Assembly (NCBI GenBank): GCA_020051155.1
Contig: JAGVJK010000006.1
Location: forward strand, 24,719-88,718
Source: Gammaproteobacteria bacterium
GTDB taxonomy: Bacteria > Pseudomonadota > Gammaproteobacteria > UBA1113
Length of the DNA stretch: 64,000 bases
Reading direction: 5' to 3'
The position numbers were made by a program, and so were the translations under genes. Of the stretch, positions 40,167 through 49,808 are shown in pieces (the first letter of the stretch is position 1; the number at the start of each line of letters is the position of its first letter). The notes under the pieces are model-generated. The model searched no databases and had not been told where the DNA came from. It saw only the letters and a program-made list of their open reading frames with translations.

Positions 40167-41513
40167 ATGGCTGTTATTTATCCAGAACGAGAGTCAAAAT
40201 CTATTGAGCTGAAATCACTATTGCCCAATTTCAGCCAATTAATTAAGACATGTGTTGCTTTTGCAAATGGTGTTGGCGGACAACTGATTATTGGAGTGGA
40301 TGATAAAACAAGACAAGTGATTGGGGTCGATGAGGCAACACAGAACCGAATCTATGATGAATTCCCTAATAGTATTTATGATGCGACAAGCCCTAGCTTG
40401 TTAGTAGAAGTCTATGAGCAAAACTTTGATGGAGTTAATGTGCTTGTAATAGATGTGCCAGCCAGTATCAAGAAGCCGGTATTTATTAAGAGCGAAGGAG
40501 TTCCCAAAGGTATATATTTGAGAGCGGGTTCTAGTACACGAAGAGCCAGCGAAGACTCAGTAGAAGAGTTAATGCGGGAAAATAAAAGAATTTATTTTGA
40601 TGAAGAGCCAGCATTGCCAGAAGTGAGTGTTCTTTCTTCAGAATTATTACAAAGTATTTTTGGGAAAATTAATCCAACTCAATTGGTAGGAGAGAAAGTT
40701 TTTGCTGCAATGAGCGCTCATTCAAAAACATACCATCCTACTATCGCTGGGCTATTAACATTTTGCCAATCGCCACAAAAATATCTACCAGAGGCTTTAA
40801 TTCAATGTACACAGTTTCGAGGCACTGAGGGTAGAGATATTATTCAAACCCAGGAAATTTCCGGCAATTTGGAAACACAAATCGCACAGAGTTTTCAATT
40901 AATCAAATCATGGTTGTTGCGAGATTATCAACTAGTAGGTGCAACGTTACGTGGCACAACAATTGTGCCAGAGGTTGCCTTGCGAGAAGCTATTGCTAAT
41001 GCAGTACTGCATCGAAAATATTGGTTACCAGGCTCCGTAAAAATTGCGCTTTATGACGATCGATTAGAAATTTTTAGTCCAGGAAATTTTCCTGGGATTA
41101 TAGATGTTAATGATTTGGGAGATGGTACGACGTATTTAAGAAACCCCCATTTAGTCAGGATTGCACGGCGTTTTGGGTTAATTGAAAAGCTAGGCACAGG
41201 AATTAAATTAATTTTTGAAAGTTGTCAAAAAGCAGGTTTAAAAAAACCAGAATTTATTGAAGGAGCAGATAGTGTAAAAATTATTTTTTATTTACTGCCA
41301 GAAAAAGATAACTTTTTGGCAGAGGAAGAGCGATTGATGGCCCTGTTTAACATGCGAGAAGCTGTGACATTAAAAGAAATGCAACATTATCTGCAAGTAT
41401 CAAGAAATACCGCTACGAGACGACTTAATCAATTATTAGAAAGTGGAAAAATAAGGCGTCTAGGAAAAGGTCCAGCAGTGCGTTATGTGCGTGTAGAACC
41501 TCCACGCCAATAA
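40167..41513 (+). CDS. AlbA_2/Schlafen domain + HATPase_c_4 + wHTH protein
   Basis: ESKSIELK, CVAFANGVGG.LIIGVDD, YLRAGSS; ALREAIANAVLHR.Y, DRLEIFSPG, RNP, IEKLGTGI; C-terminal VSRNTATRRL; ATG after AAGGA. Confidence 0.88.
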   Translation: MAVIYPERESKSIELKSLLPNFSQLIKTCVAFANGVGGQLIIGVDDKTRQVIGVDEATQNRIYDEFPNSIYDATSPSLLVEVYEQNFDGVNVLVIDVPASIKKPVFIKSEGVPKGIYLRAGSSTRRASEDSVEELMRENKRIYFDEEPALPEVSVLSSELLQSIFGKINPTQLVGEKVFAAMSAHSKTYHPTIAGLLTFCQSPQKYLPEALIQCTQFRGTEGRDIIQTQEISGNLETQIAQSFQLIKSWLLRDYQLVGATLRGTTIVPEVALREAIANAVLHRKYWLPGSVKIALYDDRLEIFSPGNFPGIIDVNDLGDGTTYLRNPHLVRIARRFGLIEKLGTGIKLIFESCQKAGLKKPEFIEGADSVKIIFYLLPEKDNFLAEEERLMALFNMREAVTLKEMQHYLQVSRNTATRRLNQLLESGKIRRLGKGPAVRYVRVEPPRQ

Positions 41514-41541
41514 CTATTAACATTTTATTAGGAATTACTAC

Positions 41542-42798
41542 ATGAGTCATAATCTGCAAAAAGGCACAGTCTATCTTGTTGGTGGTGCTGTACGTGATGA
41601 ATTGTTGGGGCGTTCTGTTAACGAGCGTGATTGGGTCGTGGTAGGTGCATCGCCTGAAGAGATGGTGGCCGCAGGGTTTGTGGTGGTCGGTAAAGACTTT
41701 CCAGTTTTTTTGCATCCAGAAACTAAAGAAGAATATGCGTTAGCACGTACAGAACGTAAAACTGGCGTTGGTTATGGCGGTTTTTCATTTAACACATCGC
41801 CAACGATAACTTTAGAAGAAGATTTAAAACGGCGAGATTTAACCATCAATGCTATTGCTAAAACAGAACAAGGTCAGTTAGTAGATCCTTACGGCGGTGT
41901 TGCTGATTTGAAAGCGCGACATTTACGTCATGTGTCCTCTGCATTTACAGAAGACCCTTTGCGCGTTTTGCGGGTTGCTCGCTTTGCAGCACGTTATTTT
42001 TCCTTAGGTTTTTATTTAGTGCCAGAGACATTGCAACTCATGCGCGAGATTGTAAAAAGTGGAGAGTTAAAGCATTTAGCTGCAGAACGAGTTTGGCAAG
42101 AAACATTAACAGCGCTGACAGAAACCCATCCTCGAATTTATTTTGAAGTGCTAAGAAATTGCGGTGCCTTAGAACAATTATTTCCGGAGTTGGCAAATTT
42201 ATATGGTGTACCCAATCCACTAAAATGGCATCCTGAAATCGATAGTGGTGTGCATACAATGATGGTGTTAGATGCTGCCGTGGCGTTGTCACCCGATCCA
42301 CAAATTCGTTTAGCAGCGTTGTTGCATGATTTAGGTAAAGCTCTAACACCATCACAATATTGGCCGAAACACGCAGGACATGAAGAAAAAAGCGTGCAAT
42401 TAATTCAAGACTTTTGTGAACGTTGGCGAGTGCCTAAGGATTTCAAAGAGTTTGCAATTCTTGTGGCGCGTTATCATGGTATCTCTCATAAAGTTTTTGA
42501 ATTAAAACCCAGTACCTTAATTGAAAAACTAGAGCGACTAGATGCTTATCGCCGTCCACAACGTTTTTATGATTTTCTACTCGCCTGTCAAGCTGATCAT
42601 CATGGTCGTACCGGGCATCGACATGCACCGTACCCTCAAGCAGATTATTGGCAAGCAGCCTATGAAGCAACAAAAACAATTGATACCAAATCATTGCTAG
42701 CGCAAGGATTAGAAGGCGCCGCCATCGCAAAAGCGATTTTTTCTCGACGTGAGCAAGCAGTCACGGCACTTCAAGCAGAATACTTGAGTAAAAGATAA
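41542..42798 (+). CDS. cca: Multifunctional CCA-adding enzyme (with HD domain)
   Basis: [47 protein letters not shown]. Confidence 0.97.
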   Translation: MSHNLQKGTVYLVGGAVRDELLGRSVNERDWVVVGASPEEMVAAGFVVVGKDFPVFLHPETKEEYALARTERKTGVGYGGFSFNTSPTITLEEDLKRRDLTINAIAKTEQGQLVDPYGGVADLKARHLRHVSSAFTEDPLRVLRVARFAARYFSLGFYLVPETLQLMREIVKSGELKHLAAERVWQETLTALTETHPRIYFEVLRNCGALEQLFPELANLYGVPNPLKWHPEIDSGVHTMMVLDAAVALSPDPQIRLAALLHDLGKALTPSQYWPKHAGHEEKSVQLIQDFCERWRVPKDFKEFAILVARYHGISHKVFELKPSTLIEKLERLDAYRRPQRFYDFLLACQADHHGRTGHRHAPYPQADYWQAAYEATKTIDTKSLLAQGLEGAAIAKAIFSRREQAVTALQAEYLSKR

Positions 42799-42895
42799 TT
42801 TACTTTTTGGGTGCGGAATGTGAGATAAAACAATATTCAATGACTAAAATAAACCGGAGAGATTGATGTCTAAACAAACATTCGAGTTAACAACG

Positions 42896-43695
42896 TTATC
42901 GAAAGAGGCGCAGGGTATTTTTCGCAACAGTCTGAATTTGTTGGTCAATATTTTTTTTCATAGGGTCAGGTAATAGTTCTTTTTGCTCCAACGTGCCCCA
43001 TGCCGTGATGGTGCGCTCTATGGTTTCTATTACCAGCTGTGATATGGGGTTTGCTGGTAATCGTGCAGTATCAGCAAAACGCCGTATTTGATCTGGGGTA
43101 ATCTCATTGAGACTGCGGCTTCCGCCAAAGGTCAATGCTAATTGATCTCCTTGGATATACGGGAGCGTAGCTACAAGATCATAAGCGGGTGATAGTGCGG
43201 GTGTGTGCTTATCAGGATAAAGCAGCGACCAATTCTTAAGATGCATATCGGCGTTGCCAATCAGTATTGAAAAAATAAGGCGACGCACAAATTCGAAAGT
43301 GCCTATTTCTCCGGTTTCCGCCCACAGCACAGAGGCAATATTAGCATAGCTACGGCGACGATATTTGTCTTCCGGAAATAAACCAAAAATTTGAGCGAAA
43401 TCTTCCATATGAATGCGTTGTCCATTAGGGCCGCGGTCGAAGCGTTGAATAGCCAGCGCTTTACCTTCAATATTCGTCGCATCCTCGGGTAAGCCACGAA
43501 TGTCATTGATATTAATCAAATGATTTTCTGGTAAGGTAATACCAACGGCGCGCGCCAACGCAAGCATTACAAATTCATTTTCGGGTACAGCAGGAAATCG
43601 AGCAGAAGGCAATTTGACGATCCAAGACCCATTCATTCCGTATAATCTTGCAGCCAAACACCCAGTGCATTGATTTGTGAAAGGTTAGATTTCAT
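42896..43695 (-). pseudogene. hipA: HipA family kinase toxin, internally deleted and frameshifted
   Basis: ATG at 43695 gives MKSNLSQINALGVWLQDYTE*; another frame resumes at GMNGSWIVKLPS..ENE, RFDR, EDF, GNADMHLKNWS, LSPAYD; the coupled domain and P-loop are missing. Confidence 0.75.
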
Positions 43696-43708
43696 TGTTG
43701 GGCGGTTC

Positions 43709-44047
43709 CTATTCTTCAGAGTCTTCATTATCAGCATAGAGCGGGCGCTCTTCAGTTCCGTCATCATAATCGCGCATGAGTGATTGAACAGTCGGCACCA
43801 GTGAGCGATGAACCATCAGAAAATCATAATCAAGAATGCGCACAAGATCGAGAAGCGTATTAAAGCGAGGTACAATCTTACCAGTTTCAATGGCAGAGAT
43901 ATGCATTTGAGGTAATCCAATTCGTTGCCCTAACTCAAGCTGGCTCCAGCCATGTTTGAGGCGGGCAGTCTTTAACTCTTGGCGCAGAGATTCGGGTAGA
44001 CCTTTAACTTTAGTCGGTTTCATATGCTTTTTTATATCAGTTTTCAT
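43709..44047 (-). CDS. XRE/HipB-type HTH antitoxin
   Basis: LKTARLKHGWSQLELGQRIGLPQMHISAIETG HTH, C-terminal RPLYA; directly upstream of hipA. Confidence 0.85.
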   Translation of the reverse strand: MKTDIKKHMKPTKVKGLPESLRQELKTARLKHGWSQLELGQRIGLPQMHISAIETGKIVPRFNTLLDLVRILDYDFLMVHRSLVPTVQSLMRDYDDGTEERPLYADNEDSEE

Positions 44048-44085
44048 AAATAATATAATAAGACATATTGAGTCATTTTGCCACT

Positions 44086-44139
44086 TTCATATATTAAAAC
44101 ATATGAATCGAGCATTTTCATATAAAATAACATATATGA
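44086..44139. promoter_or_regulatory. Two palindromic operators upstream of the hipB-like gene
   Basis: TTCATAT-8-ATATGAA (44086-44107) and TCATATA-8-TATATGA (44118-44139). Confidence 0.7.
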
Positions 44140-44170
44140 TGAGATTCTAAGCCAGTAAAGACCATGCTCA

Positions 44171-44629
44171 TCAAGCCATGGCTGAAATGATCTTCCACTC
44201 TGCCGCGGTCACCGGTGTTACTGACAGTCGATTGCCGCGTTGTAGAATTTTCATCGATTCTAAACCAGGAATTTGTTTTAACTCATCCAGTGAAATCATT
44301 TGGGAAAAACGTTGTTTCAATTGAACGTCCACCATGTACCAACGTGGATTATCAGATGTTGCTGTCGGATCATAATGGTCAGAATTAGGATCCTGTGCTG
44401 TGTAATCGGGATAACCTTCTTTTACCACTTCGACGATCCCTACAATGCCGGGCGGTGTGCAATTAGAATGATAAAAAAACACAAGGTCGCCTTTTTTCAT
44501 TTCATCGCGCAACGTATTGCGTGCTTGATAATTACGAACGCCATCCCAGTATGTTGTTTTTTTCGGTTGATGATTTAAATCATCAATGCTAAACGCTAAA
44601 GGTTCAGATTTTATTAACCAATAATTCAT
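44171..44629 (-). CDS. EVE domain protein
   Basis: YWLIKSEP, WDGVRNYQARN, FFYHS, RLSV.PV. Confidence 0.95.
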   Translation of the reverse strand: MNYWLIKSEPLAFSIDDLNHQPKKTTYWDGVRNYQARNTLRDEMKKGDLVFFYHSNCTPPGIVGIVEVVKEGYPDYTAQDPNSDHYDPTATSDNPRWYMVDVQLKQRFSQMISLDELKQIPGLESMKILQRGNRLSVTPVTAAEWKIISAMA

Positions 44630-44638
44630 GGCATGCTC

Positions 44639-45241
44639 CTAATTGCAATCGTAGTAATGTGTATCAGTGACGACACCGGTTAAAGCGACATCCCAATCAT
44701 CATGAGGAATTTGTGAAACTTGTTGTAACTCATAAGCAAGACCGATCAAGGGTCGAGCAGCGCTGAGTGTTTGTTTCGTAAATGCAAACGTTCGATCATA
44801 AAAGCCACCACCCATTCCCAGTCGATTACCTTGTTGATCGAATGCAACCAACGGGCATAACACTAAGTCAAGTTGTTGCGGTGAAATAGCTTGCTCGCTG
44901 ACAAAGACAGGTTCTAAAATGCCAAATTGATTTGCCACCAGCAGTGTATCGCGTTGATAAGGCATGAAGGATAAAAAATTATTTGGCTCTGCAGATAAAA
45001 TCGGCAAATAACAGTTTTTCTTTAAAGCCAAGGCGTCTTCTAAAATAAATTGTGTACTGATTTCCGCATCATTTTCAAGATATAGTGCAATATGTTGTGC
45101 GGCTTGATAGAAAGGCAGTTTTTTCAATTGCAGCAAAAGATTTTTTGCAGCAAGCTCGCGTTGCTCCAAGGATAATTGTCGACGCCGTTGTCGCAAGGAT
45201 TGTCGTAATTCAACTTTAGTCACTTGAGCCTGGGTCCTCAA
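44639..45241 (-). CDS. ygfA: 5-formyltetrahydrofolate cyclo-ligase
   Basis: FGILEP, PLVAFD..GNRLGMGGGFYDR, WDV; downstream of 6S RNA. Confidence 0.93.
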   Translation of the reverse strand: MRTQAQVTKVELRQSLRQRRRQLSLEQRELAAKNLLLQLKKLPFYQAAQHIALYLENDAEISTQFILEDALALKKNCYLPILSAEPNNFLSFMPYQRDTLLVANQFGILEPVFVSEQAISPQQLDLVLCPLVAFDQQGNRLGMGGGFYDRTFAFTKQTLSAARPLIGLAYELQQVSQIPHDDWDVALTGVVTDTHYYDCN

Positions 45242-45254
45242 TCGTAAACGATAA

Positions 45255-45442
45255 GATGCTATCCAGAACTGCCGTTTTCAGTGATCGTTGCCCTGAACCA
45301 TGAAGTTCAGGTGGGGGTCTCTGGGCTGTATCAGGCGTCCCATGAATGGGCGGCACAACAACAACGATTTTCGACCTCCATATAGAAGCTATTTAACGGT
45401 TCGGCAACGAAAAACCTAATTCCGAACAAACCAGACAGCATC
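45255..45442 (-). ncRNA. ssrS: 6S RNA
   Basis: 188-nt region whose ends pair (GATGCTGTCTGG / CTGGATAGCATC), internal CCTGAAC..GGTTCAGG hairpin and ACGGCA; canonical zapA-ssrS-ygfA position. Confidence 0.88.
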
Positions 45443-45485
45443 AGGATGAGAATCATAACGCATGATTCTTTTTTTTGCTATATCT

Positions 45486-45569
45486 TTTTATTAGATGCTG
45501 CGCCCGGTAATCCGGGCTTGCAATTAGATGGGAGCTCGCTCCCCTTTAATAACTTCTTATCCCAGTGAA
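45486..45569. repeat. Dispersed two-hairpin element, copy 2
   Basis: Colinear with 20432-20517; stems GCCCGG-TAAT-CCGGGC and ATTAGATGGGAG-CTCG-CTCCCCTTTAAT. Confidence 0.8.
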
Positions 45570-45587
45570 ATGAGTATGTACCCGGGG

Positions 45588-45917
45588 TTAGTAAATCGCA
45601 TCTTCAGTAGCGAGTGGTGCGGGTATCTGCAGAAAAACCTCAGCCATTGATAGCGTTAACACTCTCATGCGCTCGTGAATGTCGGCATAAGGTTGCAGAG
45701 AACCGTTTTTTAAACGTAACAATTCATCAGAAAGGTTCAACGCAGCAGTCACCAAGGCATTTTCAAAGGAAGAAACTTTCTCCGATGTTTGACGCACCGT
45801 GTGTAAGACTTCATCTAAATACAAGGCCGCTTGGGCCAAATTGGCATGATCCTCAATGGGATGTTTGATATGAAACTGTTTACCCAATAGGGAAATTGTT
45901 TGTGTATCGTTACTCAT
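45588..45917 (-). CDS. zapA: Cell division protein ZapA
   Basis: ISLLGKQF.I, L.QAALYLD, AALNLSDELL; synteny with ssrS. Confidence 0.85.
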   Translation of the reverse strand: MSNDTQTISLLGKQFHIKHPIEDHANLAQAALYLDEVLHTVRQTSEKVSSFENALVTAALNLSDELLRLKNGSLQPYADIHERMRVLTLSMAEVFLQIPAPLATEDAIY

Positions 45918-46153
45918 AGAGTCTCAACCTCTTCCATAGAATGCTCGGTACGATCAACCGCTTTTAATTGGTAGATGATTTTAGAAATTTGCTCGGCGAT
46001 GAGCGCATTGCGTTTTTTTAGTTCAGAACACTCATGGGTCAGTGTTGCGACTTGCTCTTGCAAAGAGTAATTTTCTTGTTTGAGATGCTTGCAAGTTTCA
46101 ATGAGCAATTCTGCGTGTTCTTCTAGTTCGTTAAAAAGAATTGAAAAGTCCAT
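45914..46153 (-). CDS. ZapB/TIGR02449-like coiled-coil protein
   Basis: 79-aa coiled coil (LEE....LI..C..LKQEN..L) overlapping the zapA start. Confidence 0.75.
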   Translation of the reverse strand: MDFSILFNELEEHAELLIETCKHLKQENYSLQEQVATLTHECSELKKRNALIAEQISKIIYQLKAVDRTEHSMEEVETL

Positions 46154-46351
46154 GGAGGAGCTCCTGTGTCAATGTAAGAAATTGAGCGTATTGTCACATA
46201 TTTTTAACAGCGATACTACTCGCGTCTTTAGGTATAAGCGGTATTGGCTGTATCATACTACAATAAGAGAAAGGCAAAGATGATGATGGCAATTTATTGA
46301 TCCATCTTGTCGTAATGAAAACCTCATAAAAACAATTAATAAGGAATTTCG

Positions 46352-47710
46352 ATGGAAATTAAATTTCTTGGAGCGGCAACAACCGTGACAGGTTCAAAGT
46401 ATTTATTGTCCTTTGATAATAAAAAAATATTGATCGATTGTGGCTTGTACCAAGGGTTGAAAGAATTAAGATTACGTAATTGGAATCCCTTACCGATTCA
46501 TCCAGCGACCATTGATGCAGTGATTCTGACCCATGCGCATATTGATCACTCCGGTTATTTGCCATTGCTGATTAAAAATGGATTTACCGGAAAAATTTAC
46601 AGTACCGATGGTACGCGGGATTTGTGTTCGATTCTGTTGCCAGATAGTGGGCATTTGCAAGAGGAGGAAGCAGCACTCGCGAATAAATACGGCTACTCGA
46701 AGCATCATCCCGCGCTTCCTCTGTATACTCAAGAAGATGGGATGAATGCGCTTAATTTTTTTGAAACCGTGCCTTTTCAGAGACAAAGGCAGTTAACCGA
46801 TCATTTTAGTTTTCAATTTCTTCCAGCAGGCCACATTATTGGTGCGTCCTTAGTTCGTATTCAATATAAAAATTTCTCATTATTGTTTACAGGAGATATG
46901 GGACGATTGCACGATCCCGTGATGCAACCACCGAGTATTGTTCATGATACGGATTATTTAGTCATTGAATCTACCTACGGCAATCGATTGCATGAGGCCG
47001 GGCATCCGAAGGATTTTTTGAGAAAGATTATTAATGAAACTACGCAGCGAGGCGGGACAGTGATTATTCCATCCTTTGCAGTAGGTCGCGCTCAAGCAAT
47101 CTTACATTATATTTATCTTTTGAAAAAAGAACACTCCATTCCCGATGTGCCAGTTTTTCTGGATAGTCCGATGGCAGTGAATGCCACGAATATTTTGCTG
47201 AAATATCAAAACAGTTTGCGCTTGAATAAAGAGGAGTGTCGTCAATTAAATGATGTGGCTACTTATGTGAATTCACCGGAGGAATCGAAATTGCTGGATA
47301 GCGATCAGCAGCCAAAAATTATTGTTTCAGCAAGCGGCATGGCAACGGGTGGTCGAGTGTTATTTCATTTACAACGATATGGCAGTGATCCTAAAAACAC
47401 GATTGTGTTTACCGGGTATCAAGCCATAGGGACTCGCGGCGCGCGGATCATGCGGGGTGAAAAAGAAATAAAAATTCATGGTGAAATGCTGCAAGTACAA
47501 GCGCAAATTGAGTCGCTTTCAAATGCTTCAGCTCACGCCGATTATAGCGAACTTCTTACTTGGTTAAGTGCATTTGAAAGAGCACCAAAAAAAGTATTTA
47601 TTACTCATGGTGAATTAGACGCTGCAATATCATTCAAGGAAAAGATAGAAACTAAATTCGGTTGGTCGTGTATCGTTCCACATTACTTGCAAGAGGAATC
47701 GCTGTTATAG
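46352..47710 (+). CDS. MBL-fold beta-CASP ribonuclease-like protein
   Basis: FLGAA..VTGS, THAHIDHSG, AGHIIG, ESTYG.R.H, FAVGRAQ, SAHAD, THGE. Confidence 0.92.
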   Translation: MEIKFLGAATTVTGSKYLLSFDNKKILIDCGLYQGLKELRLRNWNPLPIHPATIDAVILTHAHIDHSGYLPLLIKNGFTGKIYSTDGTRDLCSILLPDSGHLQEEEAALANKYGYSKHHPALPLYTQEDGMNALNFFETVPFQRQRQLTDHFSFQFLPAGHIIGASLVRIQYKNFSLLFTGDMGRLHDPVMQPPSIVHDTDYLVIESTYGNRLHEAGHPKDFLRKIINETTQRGGTVIIPSFAVGRAQAILHYIYLLKKEHSIPDVPVFLDSPMAVNATNILLKYQNSLRLNKEECRQLNDVATYVNSPEESKLLDSDQQPKIIVSASGMATGGRVLFHLQRYGSDPKNTIVFTGYQAIGTRGARIMRGEKEIKIHGEMLQVQAQIESLSNASAHADYSELLTWLSAFERAPKKVFITHGELDAAISFKEKIETKFGWSCIVPHYLQEESLL

Positions 47711-47886
47711 TCATAAAGAATGAAGCCCTATAGTGGCCCCCATTGTTAAGACAGCAGAAGTGCAATAATAGCGTTATTTCTCAACAGTTCTGTCAAATTA
47801 GTTGTCAGTTTGAACAAGCATCATAATTTCGACTTTACCACCTGCTGTGCTAAAATGGGCCTTTTTTTAGAGATGGTGGAATCGAT

Positions 47887-48465
47887 ATGGAGCCAAAATA
47901 TAGTTTACCGGACTATGATGATGTGGCAGATGCCTTGGTGGAGATCAAAAACATGGTCACACCAGCGCAAATGCATGGTTTAATTTGTGGGGTTATTTGT
48001 TTGGGGGAGACTGCGTTAGATGAGCAAGCATCCATTGCTATTGCCATTGGTTTTGAGCAAGAAGAAGTGCAGTTAGCGCCAGAGCAATCCCAGACATTAA
48101 AGGCCTTATTAGATTACTCCCATGACCGATTGTCACAAATGGAATTTGATTTCCAGCTCCTCTTACCCGACGATGATAGATCCTTACGAGAGCGTTCTGA
48201 AGAGCTTGGTTGCTGGTGCAGCGGTTTTCTCTTGGGTCTAGAATCCTTAAAACAAAAAGATGAGTTAAGTGAGCAATTATCAGTGGATGGTTTTGACACC
48301 TTGTTAAAACTCAGTGAAATTGCACAAATTGATTATGAAGATTTGAGTTATAGCGAGTATGATGAAACAGCGCTGATGGAAATTACTGAGTATGTGCGGA
48401 TGGCGATTTTAACCTTGTACAGTGAGTTTCACCGACATGTCATCACATCACGCACGATTCATTAA
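47887..48465 (+). CDS. ygfB: UPF0149 family protein
   Basis: MHGLICG, FQLLLPDDD, WCSGFLLGL, EYVRMA; upstream of pepP. Confidence 0.9.
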   Translation: MEPKYSLPDYDDVADALVEIKNMVTPAQMHGLICGVICLGETALDEQASIAIAIGFEQEEVQLAPEQSQTLKALLDYSHDRLSQMEFDFQLLLPDDDRSLRERSEELGCWCSGFLLGLESLKQKDELSEQLSVDGFDTLLKLSEIAQIDYEDLSYSEYDETALMEITEYVRMAILTLYSEFHRHVITSRTIH

Positions 48466-48501
48466 AAGATGGAATGGTTATCACCATGAGAGGAGATTGG
48501 A

Positions 48502-49806
48502 ATGACGGAGTTTTCAAAAAGACGAGAGGCGCTGTTCGCGCAGATGGCAAACAACAGCATGATGTTATTGCCCGCGGCTACGGAAGCCTTGCGTAATGGT
48601 GATGGTTATTATCCATTCCGACAACACAGTGATTTTTATTACTTAACCGGCTTTCAAGAACCCGATGCGGTTATGGTGTTACACAAATACCAAGGTAATG
48701 AAGTTTTCATTCTTTACAATCGTCCTCGTGATCCGAAGATGGAAACTTGGAATGGTCGACGTGCGGGGCAAATAGGAGCCGTGCGTGAGTGGGGCGCTGA
48801 TGAAAGCTATTCCATCGAAGATTTTTTAGAGCATTTGCCCGAGTTATTACAAGAAGCAGAAACGCTTTATTATCCAATAGGCGCTGATGCCGAGTTTGAT
48901 GCGGCGTTGATGACGGCATTAAATGAAGTGCGAGCCAATGTGCGACGTGGTGCCTCTATCCCTACGCTTTTTATGGATGTGAATCCTTTGATTCATGAAA
49001 TGCGATTATTTAAAAGCGATGAAGAAATTGCCTTGATGCGTCGCGCAGCACAAATATCTGTGGAAGCTCATCGTCGTGCTATGCAAGTGTGTCGACCGGG
49101 GATGAAAGAATATCAATTGCAAGCAGAGATTGAATATGTCTTTAAGAACAACGGCAGCGGAGCGCCTGCGTATAACAGCATTGTTGGAAGTGGCAGTAAC
49201 ACTTGCATTTTGCATTACAATGAAAACGATCAAACTCTGGCAGCCGGTGCCTTAGTGCTAATCGATGCAGGTTGTGAGTTTGAAAACTACGCCTCTGACA
49301 TTACCACGACATTTCCAGTGAATGGCCTGTTTACCAAAGAGCAACGGCAAATTTATGAGTTAGTGCTTAACGCACAAGCTACCGTCATCAATCTCATCAA
49401 ACCAGGTTTGCCCTGGGATAAAATGCAGGAGCTGACCATAGAGGTTTTAGTGGATGGTCTATTAAGTTTAGGTATTTTAAAAGGCACTCGTGAGCAAGCG
49501 CTCGCAAAGAAAACCTATGAACAATTTTATATGCACCGCGTGGGGCACTGGTTAGGTTTGGATACTCACGATGTGGGTTCCTATCGGCACGGTGAGCAAT
49601 GGCGTCTCTTAGAAGCTGGGATGGTGTTTACGGTAGAGCCAGGACTCTACATTCCAGCAAACACACCCGATGTTGACCCATGTTGGTGGGATATTGGTGT
49701 ACGCATTGAAGATGATGTGTTAGTGACAACCACCGGTTGTGACATCTTAACCGCGGGCTTACCGCGTACGGTAGAAGAGATTGAAGCGTTCATGGCAGCC
49801 TTTTAG
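48502..49806 (+). CDS. pepP: Xaa-Pro aminopeptidase
   Basis: FRQ.SDF.YLTGF.EP, LHY, IDAG.E...YASDIT, GHWLGLDTHD, TVEPGLY, GVRIEDD. Confidence 0.95.
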   Translation: MTEFSKRREALFAQMANNSMMLLPAATEALRNGDGYYPFRQHSDFYYLTGFQEPDAVMVLHKYQGNEVFILYNRPRDPKMETWNGRRAGQIGAVREWGADESYSIEDFLEHLPELLQEAETLYYPIGADAEFDAALMTALNEVRANVRRGASIPTLFMDVNPLIHEMRLFKSDEEIALMRRAAQISVEAHRRAMQVCRPGMKEYQLQAEIEYVFKNNGSGAPAYNSIVGSGSNTCILHYNENDQTLAAGALVLIDAGCEFENYASDITTTFPVNGLFTKEQRQIYELVLNAQATVINLIKPGLPWDKMQELTIEVLVDGLLSLGILKGTREQALAKKTYEQFYMHRVGHWLGLDTHDVGSYRHGEQWRLLEAGMVFTVEPGLYIPANTPDVDPCWWDIGVRIEDDVLVTTTGCDILTAGLPRTVEEIEAFMAAF

Positions 49807-49808
49807 CG

